This document shows, in pieces, positions 49,560 through 59,498 of a stretch of DNA of 64,000 nt. Positions within the stretch are counted from its first letter, which is position 1; the number at the start of each line of letters is the position of its first letter. The stretch is from Leptolyngbyaceae cyanobacterium (GTDB taxonomy: Bacteria > Cyanobacteriota > Cyanobacteriia > Phormidesmidales > Phormidesmidaceae). The stretch lies in contig CBDHHL010000035.1 in the NCBI GenBank assembly GCA_965263355.1, positions 1 to 64,000 of the forward strand, written 5' to 3'. The notes beneath the pieces were generated by a model. That model did no database searches. It was given only the letters and a program-made list of their open reading frames with translations, and was not told the origin of the DNA. A program made the position numbers and the translations under genes.

Positions 49560-50594
49560 GTGATTAATTATCAAGACACAGCACAATATGCAATTGCTGT
49601 TGCAGCCGAATTACAACGGTTGGACAGCGAAAATGCAATGCCTGTCGTATCTGGTGCTCGACTAGATGCAGTCTCAGCAGGCCACTTGCAAGAATATCTC
49701 ACCCATTATTCTCCTGAATTAATTCGAGAAGAGTATCCAGAGTACAAATATGCAGCTGGGCTTGTCCCGCTTGACTCTCGGGAGTATGTTGGTGTTCAAC
49801 AAATCAAAAAGACCCGTATCACGCGGATTGGTAAGTGGAGCCGATCTAGTGATGGTAACGTCTCCAAGGCTGCAATCGATATCGGGATGGATGAGGTTGA
49901 TTACGGCTCTGCTTCATTCGACGCTCACATCACGTTTACTGTTGACGAGCTAGACGCCATTGACTTTGCTCGTCGTCATCGCAGTATGGGCGTCATTGTA
50001 GATACCGTCTCTGAGAAGGTGAGAGCAGCCCAGGAAAGCTATCAAGAGCTAATCAACCGGATCATGGCGTTTGGCAGCACACGTCAAGGCGTTTACGGGC
50101 TGCATACTCACCCTGGAGTTACCAAGGTTAAAGCCCCATACAAGATGGGCATTAATCAAACGGCAGACAACAACATCGCTATTTTTGCGGCGATGCTTCG
50201 CATTGCTTCTCGCATCTCAGGGCAGCGTTCCAAGCCAGATGTCGGCCTAATTCCTGATCAATTAGCTATTGATTTGAGCCAACAGGAGAAGAACACGAGT
50301 GCTGGCATCAGCACCCTTAAGTACTTCCTAGAGAGCGCTCAAGGGGTACGGATGAATTTGGATTCTACTCCTGAAATGGACACTGCTGGCCCTGGAAGCA
50401 CTACCGCAATTCACTTCTATCGCCTTGATCCTGCGCGGCTGCAAGGCTGTGTTCCTAAAAGGATGAGGCAGGTGACTGATCCTGTTTATACCAATGGCGC
50501 TTGGCGCACTGACTTCCATTGCGCAATCAGCGGGGCTCATTTGGTGCGGCCCTACGACCATGTAATGTTTTACGACGTTTACGATCTTAACTAA
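49560..50594 (+). CDS. Major capsid protein (DUF2184-like, HK97 fold)
   Basis: E.YPE...A..VP, T.DEL, FGS...GVYGL.THP, G....RP; GGAGG RBS before the GTG. Confidence 0.8.
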   Translation: MINYQDTAQYAIAVAAELQRLDSENAMPVVSGARLDAVSAGHLQEYLTHYSPELIREEYPEYKYAAGLVPLDSREYVGVQQIKKTRITRIGKWSRSSDGNVSKAAIDIGMDEVDYGSASFDAHITFTVDELDAIDFARRHRSMGVIVDTVSEKVRAAQESYQELINRIMAFGSTRQGVYGLHTHPGVTKVKAPYKMGINQTADNNIAIFAAMLRIASRISGQRSKPDVGLIPDQLAIDLSQQEKNTSAGISTLKYFLESAQGVRMNLDSTPEMDTAGPGSTTAIHFYRLDPARLQGCVPKRMRQVTDPVYTNGAWRTDFHCAISGAHLVRPYDHVMFYDVYDLN

Positions 50595-51226
50595 TGTCTG
50601 AGACTAAAACGGCTACGGCTAAAACAAAGGCTGCGACAAGGCAGGCTGCCGACTATCAAGGCAAGCGTGTTGTTGTCTGGAACCCTGAGGCTGATTATCG
50701 CCTTGGCGACCAAGCTCCTCTAAAGGGCTATGAAATGGTACGGCAATATGTGTTCTGCTATGTTGATGCCGTCGCGACAGCAAAAGCGAAAGAGACAGCC
50801 AAAAGGACATTAGCCCACGACAAACTAGTCGCTCTGGGTGACGATGTCCCTCATCAGCCTGTGTTCAAAGAGTTAATTCTAACGCCAGGGCTTAACTGGG
50901 TTGAAGCTCAGGCTTGGGACAAGGCAACCCATGTATCGGCAGAACGATATCAAGCAGAGATTGAAGACAATAATCCCAAGGCGGTTGATGAGATTAGCCG
51001 CCTACTTCAATCACGAGCGATCCTGGTTTTTGAACCCAATGAGCGAGTTCAAGAGACTCGGCAATTCACTGGGAATTTCGAAGATTATGACGCTCAAGAA
51101 TTGAAGCGTTTAATGGCTCAGGTTGATGATATCGGTGCATTGCAGCAATACGCCAAAGACACCAACGATTACGCATTAACCCAGGTTATTCAAGAACGAA
51201 TCAACGCGTTGAATACAGGTTACTGA
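50594..51226 (+). CDS. Hypothetical structural-region protein
   Basis: Coupled to MCP; LTPGLNWV...W motif. Confidence 0.55.
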   Translation: MSETKTATAKTKAATRQAADYQGKRVVVWNPEADYRLGDQAPLKGYEMVRQYVFCYVDAVATAKAKETAKRTLAHDKLVALGDDVPHQPVFKELILTPGLNWVEAQAWDKATHVSAERYQAEIEDNNPKAVDEISRLLQSRAILVFEPNERVQETRQFTGNFEDYDAQELKRLMAQVDDIGALQQYAKDTNDYALTQVIQERINALNTGY

Positions 51227-51639
51227 TGGACTTTGCGACATTTGCAGCTGACCCAATAATTATCGCCGCGCAGTTAGATTGCAATCAAGACGCGGTGGAA
51301 CAAATTATTGACGAGGTATCTTGCCTGCTTCCCAAAAGTCGGTTCGCTACCCTTTGTACAGACTGCAATCGTCGAGATCTTGCCATCAAATACCTAACAG
51401 CGCATCGGCTAACTCTACTCAAGCAATCAGGCATCTTGGACGGAGAAGCGAAAGGCATAATCCCTGGTCAGATAACCAGTATTAGCGCTAGCCAGGGTAG
51501 CCAGTCTCTGAGCTTTTCTCAAGTTTCTCAAGAGGCTACAGGAGGGTGGATCTCCGAGGGACAGACCCCCACCTATTGGTGGGGTTTATTTATGAGTATG
51601 GCGCAGTCCAGGAAAGTAGCTATCGGGTTTACTGCGTAG
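51226..51639 (+). CDS. Head-tail adaptor (DUF4054-like)
   Basis: AIKYLTAHRL...ITSIS..S.SLSF...T.WG..F. Confidence 0.7.
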   Translation: MDFATFAADPIIIAAQLDCNQDAVEQIIDEVSCLLPKSRFATLCTDCNRRDLAIKYLTAHRLTLLKQSGILDGEAKGIIPGQITSISASQGSQSLSFSQVSQEATGGWISEGQTPTYWWGLFMSMAQSRKVAIGFTA

Positions 51640-51641
51640 CC

Positions 51642-52031
51642 ATGAGTGCAAATAGATCATCCTCAAGTTCAAAAACAATAGAACAAACTATTGACACGAA
51701 CCTGACCGTAATTGGGGAGTGGGTAATCCAAAGCAATGGCCTTGCTGTTGAAGTTGTCAACAAAGGAGGGACCGCTTTCAATGCATTTGAGATTCGCTTA
51801 AAAGCGACCGAAGCGTCCACATTCCGGCTCGCCTACAACCAGGCAACAGACTGGACCAATCCAGCTACAGGAAGCCTGATTTCTATTGGAAACACAACCA
51901 GCCCAACTACTCTAGCAGCAGGCGAGGGGATTAATTTCGCTTTGTTTAGATTGCTGGATTATAAATTTTATTCCATTCAATTTCTCGCCTCTGTTGCGAG
52001 CGGCAGCACAGTAGCGGAGGTATCGGCATGA
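51642..52031 (+). CDS. Hypothetical structural protein
   Basis: ATG 2 nt after the upstream stop; beta-rich. Confidence 0.55.
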   Translation: MSANRSSSSSKTIEQTIDTNLTVIGEWVIQSNGLAVEVVNKGGTAFNAFEIRLKATEASTFRLAYNQATDWTNPATGSLISIGNTTSPTTLAAGEGINFALFRLLDYKFYSIQFLASVASGSTVAEVSA

Positions 52032-52669
52032 CTTTTGTTCACCAGCCTGCGCCATCGGCCCCAACCAGCAAGGTTCATCTGTATATGCCTGCTAACTCGC
52101 TTACTCCTCCTGCTAGCCCGTTTGAAATACGATTTAATCCAGCGTCTCTAGACCCAGCCGACGCGAAGCTGTCTTTCGTTAGAACGCCCTACGTGTTTGC
52201 TAGTGGGACCATTCAAAGACGCAGCAACGCTTTTATAAAAGGGAACAAAATTCAGTTATTAGATAACTCTGACCAAGTAATTGCGGAAGGGAGCAATACA
52301 GCTGGCCAGAACGTTAGGTTGGCTGCGGGGGCCATCTACGAGATGCGGTATGATTTGGCATTCCAAAATTTTGGCGATTCTGAGTATATCGATATTGGAA
52401 TCATGGACCGAGATAAATTTGATGCTCACGTCACGAATGATGACCCAGCTCCTCACTCAGATGCACTAGAAAACTATCAGAGTGACGGGACTGGCCAAAC
52501 AGACAACAACAACTCACTCCGTAGCACTACTGGCGCGGGGAGAATCGACCTATCCGAAAGCACAACAGATAAGGTTGTTTGCCTAGGTGCCTACAATGCC
52601 AATGCCACTGATGTTAAAGAAGTGGCCTGGTGGCACACGTATTGGTGGATTTGGGAGGTTGCGCTATGA
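52028..52669 (+). CDS. Hypothetical structural protein
   Basis: ATGA overlap. Confidence 0.55.
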   Translation: MTFVHQPAPSAPTSKVHLYMPANSLTPPASPFEIRFNPASLDPADAKLSFVRTPYVFASGTIQRRSNAFIKGNKIQLLDNSDQVIAEGSNTAGQNVRLAAGAIYEMRYDLAFQNFGDSEYIDIGIMDRDKFDAHVTNDDPAPHSDALENYQSDGTGQTDNNNSLRSTTGAGRIDLSESTTDKVVCLGAYNANATDVKEVAWWHTYWWIWEVAL

Positions 52670-52725
52670 AATGAAATGCCAAAAAGCTAGAATTTAGTTG
52701 ATGAAGTTATAGAGGGAAATCAATC

Positions 52726-53097
52726 ATGCCTTTTCTTAGTGATGATGTTTTAGATGGAGGTTTAGACGTGCTTGACACAGCCACGACCACACTCCATATC
52801 TGCTCTCAGGAGCCAACAACTTTAGCTGAAGCAAACTCCACCTATACTTTAGGAAATAAAACCTCGCTTAGTATAGGGGCACCAGCGGATCGTACTGGGG
52901 GCGGGCGAGAAGTGACTATTGCCTCATTTTCAGATGGCAGCGTCACTGCGGATGGAACAGCGACTCATTACGCAATAATTGACGCGACACGACTGCTGGC
53001 CACAAATAGTCTTAGCGCATCTCAAGCGGTCATCAATGGCAACACTTTTAGTCTAGCTGCTTTTACTATTGGGATTCCTGACGCAGTGAGTGCATAA
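52726..53097 (+). CDS. Small fibre-related structural protein
   Basis: GTATHYAIID...LLA..L..SQAV..GNTFSL; similar to ORF 17110..17478. Confidence 0.55.
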   Translation: MPFLSDDVLDGGLDVLDTATTTLHICSQEPTTLAEANSTYTLGNKTSLSIGAPADRTGGGREVTIASFSDGSVTADGTATHYAIIDATRLLATNSLSASQAVINGNTFSLAAFTIGIPDAVSA

Positions 53098-53102
53098 GCA
53101 TT

Positions 53103-54107
53103 ATGCTATCGCCTTTACGTTATTTCTTTTTCTTCCAAGCAACAACAGCGGCGAGCCTGATCGCCGTTGGCTTGGTGACGACAGCACCAGAACTGGGAGA
53201 TCCAGGAATAACTCAAAATCACTCGCTAACTGCTAACGGCTTGACTGCTGGAGCAGCAACGCTAGGCATCCCAGCAGCACTAGGGGAAGGGTCTGCCGTT
53301 GGCTTGCTGATCGGTGCCCCAACCTTAGCGACGGTAACACTGACCCAGATGCATGTGTTGTCCGCTACAGGATTAATCGCTGTCGCGCCTGAATTGAGTG
53401 TCGCAACAATCCCAGAGCCTGATAGCGCCAACGGCCTGATCTCTGGCGACCCATTGTTAAGCCTGCCCACTTTGGCTCAAAACCACAGTGTTATCTCTAC
53501 TGGGTTGGCTGCCTCTGCGCCCACCATAGGCAGCCCAGTATTATCCAGTTCTGTCAATACAGGCAATAAAATAGTTGTTGGGGCACCGATCCTTGGCTCT
53601 CCTGTTTTTGCCCAGCAGCAATCATTAACTGCTACAGGGTTAACTATTGGGGCTCCCGCTATAGGTAGCCCAGCGCAAAATGCGGGGATCTCTTTTGTTT
53701 GCGCCCCAGATATAGTCATAGAGAAAGAATTACAAGGATCTGTGATCAGCCCTAGCGCAGATCTGAGGCTAAAAATAACACTCACTCGCAATCCTGGCGA
53801 CATTGACCCAGGAACATCGCGAGCAACGGATTACACTAACTGTATCCCAGAATTCGCAGTGTATCGGCATGGAGGCACCACTGCGATTTCGACCCTGACC
53901 TTAGCCAACAATGGGATCAGTCGTGCAACAAATACAGCGAGTTGCCAGGTTTTTGTAGTGCTTTGGCCCCAAGCATCAGTGGTCACCTATAAAGGGAGGA
54001 TGGATATGTTGTATCGATTCACGGTAACCACGGCAGATGGGGCAATTGTCTCTGGTAATAATAGCGATCCAGCATATTCAGGTAGATTTAGTATAGCGAG
54101 GTATTAG
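53103..54107 (+). CDS. Fibre-like protein with GL..GAP.LG.P repeats and a C-terminal BppU-like domain
   Basis: About 8 degenerate repeats. Confidence 0.5.
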   Translation: MLSPLRYFFFFQATTAASLIAVGLVTTAPELGDPGITQNHSLTANGLTAGAATLGIPAALGEGSAVGLLIGAPTLATVTLTQMHVLSATGLIAVAPELSVATIPEPDSANGLISGDPLLSLPTLAQNHSVISTGLAASAPTIGSPVLSSSVNTGNKIVVGAPILGSPVFAQQQSLTATGLTIGAPAIGSPAQNAGISFVCAPDIVIEKELQGSVISPSADLRLKITLTRNPGDIDPGTSRATDYTNCIPEFAVYRHGGTTAISTLTLANNGISRATNTASCQVFVVLWPQASVVTYKGRMDMLYRFTVTTADGAIVSGNNSDPAYSGRFSIARY

Positions 54108-54108
54108 C

Positions 54109-54720
54109 ATGGCAATCGTTCCATACACCAGCACGAACCAAGCTGGAGCAACAATATTTTTCCAGAGGCATTCTCAGTCTGGCGAAGGAGATGACGCAGC
54201 CGACGCCGTTATTGGCGTTGTTGGGATCGTAGATAGCACAGGCAGTGAGATTGGCTCGAGCAACCCTTTGCCAATCTCACTGCCCTCTCAGCGGGTTTTC
54301 AAGGCTGCCTTAACCCTGGATACGTCTCCATATGCCAGTGGCGACACATTGGCTGATTTACTAGAGATCACAAATGCCGTGCGGACCGCTGGCGGAACTG
54401 GGACCATTACATCAGTAACAATCAATGACTTGGACGGCCAAGCGCAAGGACTAGATTTAATATTTTTCGATCAATCTGTGACCTTAAGCGCCAACAATAA
54501 CACCTGGAACACCGCTATGGTTAACGTCCTGCATTCAGTAGCAGTAGAGGCTGCTGACTACAAAACATATGGCTCTGACTCTTCGGCAACTATCGGAGGA
54601 TTAAGTCTAGCCATACAACCCAATAGTGGAACATCAATCTATATCGGCGCGATTAGCAGAGGTACCGGTACCTATACCGTAAATGGATTGGAAATAGTTA
54701 TCGGAATCCTGAGAGACTAA
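54109..54720 (+). CDS. Fibre-associated beta-sandwich protein
   Basis: SNPLP and YASGD motifs. Confidence 0.45.
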   Translation: MAIVPYTSTNQAGATIFFQRHSQSGEGDDAADAVIGVVGIVDSTGSEIGSSNPLPISLPSQRVFKAALTLDTSPYASGDTLADLLEITNAVRTAGGTGTITSVTINDLDGQAQGLDLIFFDQSVTLSANNNTWNTAMVNVLHSVAVEAADYKTYGSDSSATIGGLSLAIQPNSGTSIYIGAISRGTGTYTVNGLEIVIGILRD

Positions 54721-54724
54721 AAAA

Positions 54725-56425
54725 GTGAATAGAACCGCTCGGCTAGCAAAAAAGAAAAAGACAACAGCTCCGGCGATACCGGCCACTCGCTACATTGCAC
54801 CTGCTGCGTGGTTAGAGGCAGATCGCAATCCTGACACCTCAAGGTGGCGAGATCTTAGTGGAAATAATAACCACGGAGACACTGTAGGCAGCCCGTCCCT
54901 TGGTCTAATTAATGGCAGACCAGCTTACCAAGGCAATGGCTCTAATATTGGCTATACTTTGCCTCAACTCATTTCAGGTGCGCAGGACCACTTAGTGACA
55001 ATTGTTGTTAGATCTATCAGCAATCCTACGTCTTTAATAGCAATCGCTGGACAGTATAGAGTGGGTCAAAGCGGTCGTTACTTGCTGTTATTCACCACTG
55101 ATTCAGGTGGTGTTATCTTTTCAACAGGCTTTGAAGGCCAATTTACTAATCCAGGAGCCGCTGCTGACACAAGCCCTCATGTATTTTCAGTCCGTAAAGT
55201 AGGCAACCAGTACGAGCACTGGCGAGACGGGGTACTTGTCGCAAGCAATAGCACATCTGACAGTATTCTGTCAACATCATTTCTGCTGTTTCATGGCAGA
55301 GATTCAGGGGACAGTAACGCATTTTGGTACAATGGCTTGGTCGGCGCATTTTCCGCCTTTATCGGAACGGCTACCGATGGTCAACTACTAACTGAACACT
55401 ATCGGATGGCCATTAAATATGGCATTGAACTAGACGAAAGCTTCATTCTATTGTCGGCACCAAAGCAAGCTCTTTCTAATTCAGAGATTATATTTAGAAC
55501 ACTTGGTACGGGGGGGGCTGAAGCCGTAACAAGACTCCGAAGTTTAATTATTTCCAGCTTGTGGAGTGGATCTGGGCTGCCCTCTAATGGGATTAATGGA
55601 ACGTCTACAGGGGTTTCGGACCCTCTGGCAACACATAGTTTAAGCCCGTCAAATCTTTTGCGCGTAGACCAGGTTACTGTTGAGCTAAGAAATAACAACA
55701 ACATTCTTAGGGATACCTTAAACCCTTATGTCTGGTACCCGACCAGTGGGACCAGCAACAATAGATTTGTAATGGTGGCTGTAGGGCACAGCGATGACGA
55801 TTCTGTTTTAGGCCCTATTGGCTTAGGTTACGGCGAATTAATCAGAGATTTAGTAGAAGATGGCTATACAGTGGCCAATATCTACATGCCTTTCGGTGCA
55901 GATCCTGCCCAACACAATGCCCTGCCTGACCCAACAGCAGATGAAAATTACTTAAGATACTTTGTTGAAACACCTATTCGGTTAATCAACGAATTTACAA
56001 GTTTTTCTGCCTATTTCATGGCAGGGAAATCTGGGGGCGGGATGGTTACAACTTTAACTACGGCCATTGAAACTAGAATATCTCGGTCTGCCGATGTTGC
56101 TGGCTCATTCCCGTTGGCAACACACGTTCCTGGGCGAGACTTTGAGCAATATCTCCCAGGAATTCGTGATTTAGTTGATTTTGGTGACTTGTATTTAATG
56201 GCAGCATCAGGAAGGTCTCACCTCCATGCCTATAACACCCAAGATAGTTGCTGTTTTACCCAAGCACAGCGCGATACATTCCCCACATTTGATTGGGTCC
56301 CATTGGTCCAAAGCAGGGCTACTGAACTCAATGGAGTTTATACACTTGAAATTAACAGTTCTACACTGCACGAAATTAGTGCGATTACTCGCGCTAATAT
56401 AATTAGTTTATTTTCTGAGGTCTAG
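54725..56425 (+). CDS. LamG/ConA-like domain fused to an alpha/beta-hydrolase
   Basis: W.DLSGNNNHG and WRDGV in the N-terminal half; GH, MAGKSGGG (GxSxG), DSCCF and a terminal His. Confidence 0.65.
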   Translation: MNRTARLAKKKKTTAPAIPATRYIAPAAWLEADRNPDTSRWRDLSGNNNHGDTVGSPSLGLINGRPAYQGNGSNIGYTLPQLISGAQDHLVTIVVRSISNPTSLIAIAGQYRVGQSGRYLLLFTTDSGGVIFSTGFEGQFTNPGAAADTSPHVFSVRKVGNQYEHWRDGVLVASNSTSDSILSTSFLLFHGRDSGDSNAFWYNGLVGAFSAFIGTATDGQLLTEHYRMAIKYGIELDESFILLSAPKQALSNSEIIFRTLGTGGAEAVTRLRSLIISSLWSGSGLPSNGINGTSTGVSDPLATHSLSPSNLLRVDQVTVELRNNNNILRDTLNPYVWYPTSGTSNNRFVMVAVGHSDDDSVLGPIGLGYGELIRDLVEDGYTVANIYMPFGADPAQHNALPDPTADENYLRYFVETPIRLINEFTSFSAYFMAGKSGGGMVTTLTTAIETRISRSADVAGSFPLATHVPGRDFEQYLPGIRDLVDFGDLYLMAASGRSHLHAYNTQDSCCFTQAQRDTFPTFDWVPLVQSRATELNGVYTLEINSSTLHEISAITRANIISLFSEV

Positions 56426-56607
56426 TGTTCTTGTCAGGACTCAATGTGAATTGCACTACATTGAGTGATTCAAATGATTTCAAAACAATATGAACACAAA
56501 GTGCAGCCAAGAACAAATTGAACGGATACGACTGGGCCTTGCTCATGGACTATTAGCGCTCCCACGCGGGCCGATTGGTGGAAGCAGGATTAGGTATTTT
56601 TGATGAT

Positions 56608-57720
56608 ATGGAATTAAATCAAGTTATTCAAGGCGATTGCTTGGAAGTGATGAACGGCATCCCTGATAGCAGCATTGATCTAATAGCAACTGACCCGCCT
56701 TTTTTTAAGGTAAAAGGGGGCGGTTCTAAAGGCAAATTCGAATGGTGGGATCGCGCCTGGGATAATTCAGCAGAATTCTTGAGATGGATTGACCAGCTAG
56801 CCGCACAATGGCAACGCATCTTAAAGCCTAATGGCAGCCTGTATTGTTTCGCGAGCACAAAAATGTCAGCACGAGTTGAGGCGTTGTTGAGTGATCGTTT
56901 TAATGTGCTGAACAATATTCGATGGCGAAAGGAACAAGGAAGACATAAAGCATCATGCAAAGAAATTCTTAGAGGCTATTTCCCTGCATCGGAATCAATT
57001 ATCTTTTGTGAACATTACGGCGCAGATAACGCAGCTAAAGGCGAAGCAGGTTATCAGGCAAAGTGTGATGAGTTAAGAGGATTTGTTTTTGAACCGTTGC
57101 GAGCATATCTAGATGGAGAGAGGACCAAAGCCAAAATTGCACATAGACGAATAATACATATTCTTGGGATGCGGGGGCATGACTCGCATTTTTTTAGCCC
57201 TATTCAATGGAAGTTACCTCTAGAAGACCAATACAAAACCCTCCAAGACTCATTCCCCGGTTACTTTCAACGCCCATACGAAGAACTACGTCAGCAATAC
57301 GAAGAACTACGTCAGCAATACGAAGAACTGCGTAGACCGTTTATCGTATCGTCAGACGTACCCTACACCGATATATGGGACTTTCCGACAGTGCAAGGCT
57401 ACCCAGGTAAGCATCCATGCGAGAAGCCATTGGCCATGATGGCGCACATCATAAACGCTAGCTCTAAGCCTAATTCAGTAGTTCTAGATTGCTTTTGCGG
57501 TTCCGGCAATACTCTAGTAGCGGCCAAAAAGCATGGACGACATTTTATCGGGATTGATATTGATCCTCATTGGGCAGATGTAGCCCGTGGCAAAGTCGGC
57601 AAAGAACAAAGCTTTGTATCACAGCAGGCTAGATTAGACTGGCTAAAACAACAGACCGCAACGACTGAGGAAGCCCCCAAAAAGCAGCAGCTAAACTTAT
57701 TGGATTTACTTGCAAGCTAG
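56608..57720 (+). CDS. DNA N4-cytosine/N6-adenine methyltransferase (beta class)
   Basis: GDCLE, TDPPF, HPCEKP, VLDCFCGSG. Confidence 0.9.
   Translation: MELNQVIQGDCLEVMNGIPDSSIDLIATDPPFFKVKGGGSKGKFEWWDRAWDNSAEFLRWIDQLAAQWQRILKPNGSLYCFASTKMSARVEALLSDRFNVLNNIRWRKEQGRHKASCKEILRGYFPASESIIFCEHYGADNAAKGEAGYQAKCDELRGFVFEPLRAYLDGERTKAKIAHRRIIHILGMRGHDSHFFSPIQWKLPLEDQYKTLQDSFPGYFQRPYEELRQQYEELRQQYEELRRPFIVSSDVPYTDIWDFPTVQGYPGKHPCEKPLAMMAHIINASSKPNSVVLDCFCGSGNTLVAAKKHGRHFIGIDIDPHWADVARGKVGKEQSFVSQQARLDWLKQQTATTEEAPKKQQLNLLDLLAS
57277..57333 (+). repeat. 21-bp tandem repeat (YEELRQQ, about 2.7 copies) in the methyltransferase
   Basis: TACGAAGAACTACGTCAGCAA twice, then a partial copy. Confidence 0.9.
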
Positions 57721-57882
57721 GGCTCAACCATCAATCAGGGGATTAGTGTCTTGACCACATCGACAATATCTAAATAATCTATCAACCACGTCAAACCAAT
57801 AACGACGAGGGCAGAAAGCGTAACCAAGCTTAAAATTTAACTAGCAGCCAAAATGTGGAAGCAGGATTAGATATTTCTAATA

Positions 57883-58971
57883 ATGATGCATAGAATCCCA
57901 GAGCTACTTAAGCGGAACAGCCTGATAGGGGCTGCTATTGTTGGGCCAGACGGAAAGTTCTGGGATGTAAATGAGACTCTGTGTGAAATACTGGGTTATC
58001 AACGAGAAACGTTGCTGCGCCTAACGTTCCAGCAGATCAGCCATCCTGAAGATCTAACGCCTCAGGTCAACCCATTCCGCAGCGTAATCAATGGAGAACT
58101 TAAATCTTTCACGCTGAAAAAGCGCTACAAGCATGGACAAACAGCAGAATGGATCTCTTGCACGTTGCACTGCGAAGGATTCCATTCTGAGTCTGGAGAA
58201 TTCCTTTATTTCTTTTCCCAAGTCAGTAAGCTTGGCGACAAAGAGCTGACAGAGGTTGAAACACAAAGGCTTTCAGAAATAAAATACGCAATCAACAACA
58301 ACGGATTTGCCCTGCATTATCAGCCGATAGTTGACCTGAAAACCGATGAGACCGTTGGTTATGAGGCGTTGTCACGATGGGCAAAAGACAATGAATTAAT
58401 CTTCCCAGGGGATTTCTTGCCTTTACTGAGAAAGGCAAACAGTGAACACTTACTGTGCTACTGGGTAATTGAGCAAACCCAGGCAGATTCAATCAAGATT
58501 GGCCAGTGGATCAGCTTTAATATCAGCCCATTCACTCTAGCTAGAGCAGATTGGCACGATCAAAAGCTGCCTGTTAGAGGGCATATGGAGATATTGGAGA
58601 CTGAGGCTGTTTCTGAGGAGATTCAGAGCCGGATTCAGTCAGCTAGGCGGACAGGCGTAAAGATCGCCCTGGACGATTTTGGCACCGGATACTGCAGCTA
58701 CGATAGATTGCTGAAAGGCCAAGTTGACCTAGTAAAGCTCGATAGATCTATTATTAGTGGCCTGCCTGCTCGCGAATCCAGAGTAATGGTTGACGCAATT
58801 GTGGCGCTATCGCAAAAACTCAGCATCAAAGTTATCGCTGAAGGCGTGGAAACCCAGCAACAGGCCGACATGTTGAAAGCAATCGGCTGTGACATGGCGC
58901 AGGGCTATTTGTTCGGTCGGCCTGCGCCACTACCCGCGATCACTCGCTCTTCGTCGGGGGCCATTCACTAG
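57883..58971 (+). CDS. PAS-EAL protein (c-di-GMP phosphodiesterase)
   Basis: PAS (VN...C..LGY....L....HPED); EAL motifs YQPIV, EAL, NIS, EILE, DDFGTGY, KLD, AEGVE, QGYLFGRP. Confidence 0.9.
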   Translation: MMHRIPELLKRNSLIGAAIVGPDGKFWDVNETLCEILGYQRETLLRLTFQQISHPEDLTPQVNPFRSVINGELKSFTLKKRYKHGQTAEWISCTLHCEGFHSESGEFLYFFSQVSKLGDKELTEVETQRLSEIKYAINNNGFALHYQPIVDLKTDETVGYEALSRWAKDNELIFPGDFLPLLRKANSEHLLCYWVIEQTQADSIKIGQWISFNISPFTLARADWHDQKLPVRGHMEILETEAVSEEIQSRIQSARRTGVKIALDDFGTGYCSYDRLLKGQVDLVKLDRSIISGLPARESRVMVDAIVALSQKLSIKVIAEGVETQQQADMLKAIGCDMAQGYLFGRPAPLPAITRSSSGAIH

Positions 58972-59463
58972 GTTGGTGATATCTGCCCCATCTTTGTGAC
59001 TGTATGTTCTTTTGTCCAGCCGGTGCAATCGGTCAATCATCCAATTGATCGCCCTGCTTGTTGGCTCTAGCACTCTCAATAACAACTGAGCAATCTCAAC
59101 AAGCCCATCAACCCGTTCCATGGTCCTGTGCAGTGTTCTAGCATCTCCTCCAGTGGCCGCTACAGCCTGTTCTACTTTGATGCCCCATTCCCTGTATTCG
59201 TCGTAGCCAGCTATTAGTGCCGCCATCGTCGAGTCACTTTCCGAGACTTTCTTTATTAAAGTCTCCATCCTGGCTTCCAAGTCTCGGAGTCTAGCAGCAT
59301 TCCGCTCGTCAGCTTGTCCAGAGAGTCGAAACGCTTCTCCTATACTGCTTGTGACCGATTTGTCGATCATTGCCTGGAGATCAGCGCGAGTAAGTCTCCG
59401 TCCAGTGCCTGTCCCGCTTGTCGGTAACCCTGAACTGTCTGGGATAGTGGCCATAGATAGCAC
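58930..59463 (-). CDS. Hypothetical coiled-coil protein
   Basis: 177-aa helical ORF. Confidence 0.55.
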   Translation of the reverse strand: MLSMATIPDSSGLPTSGTGTGRRLTRADLQAMIDKSVTSSIGEAFRLSGQADERNAARLRDLEARMETLIKKVSESDSTMAALIAGYDEYREWGIKVEQAVAATGGDARTLHRTMERVDGLVEIAQLLLRVLEPTSRAINWMIDRLHRLDKRTYSHKDGADITNLVNGPRRRASDRG

Positions 59464-59498
59464 TGAGGAGAAAGATTCTTTTATAGGTTAGCCTATTA

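Noticed and set aside
57277..57333. Phase-variable repeat in the methyltransferase
   Set aside because: The 21-bp unit is in frame, so copy-number change would not switch the gene off.
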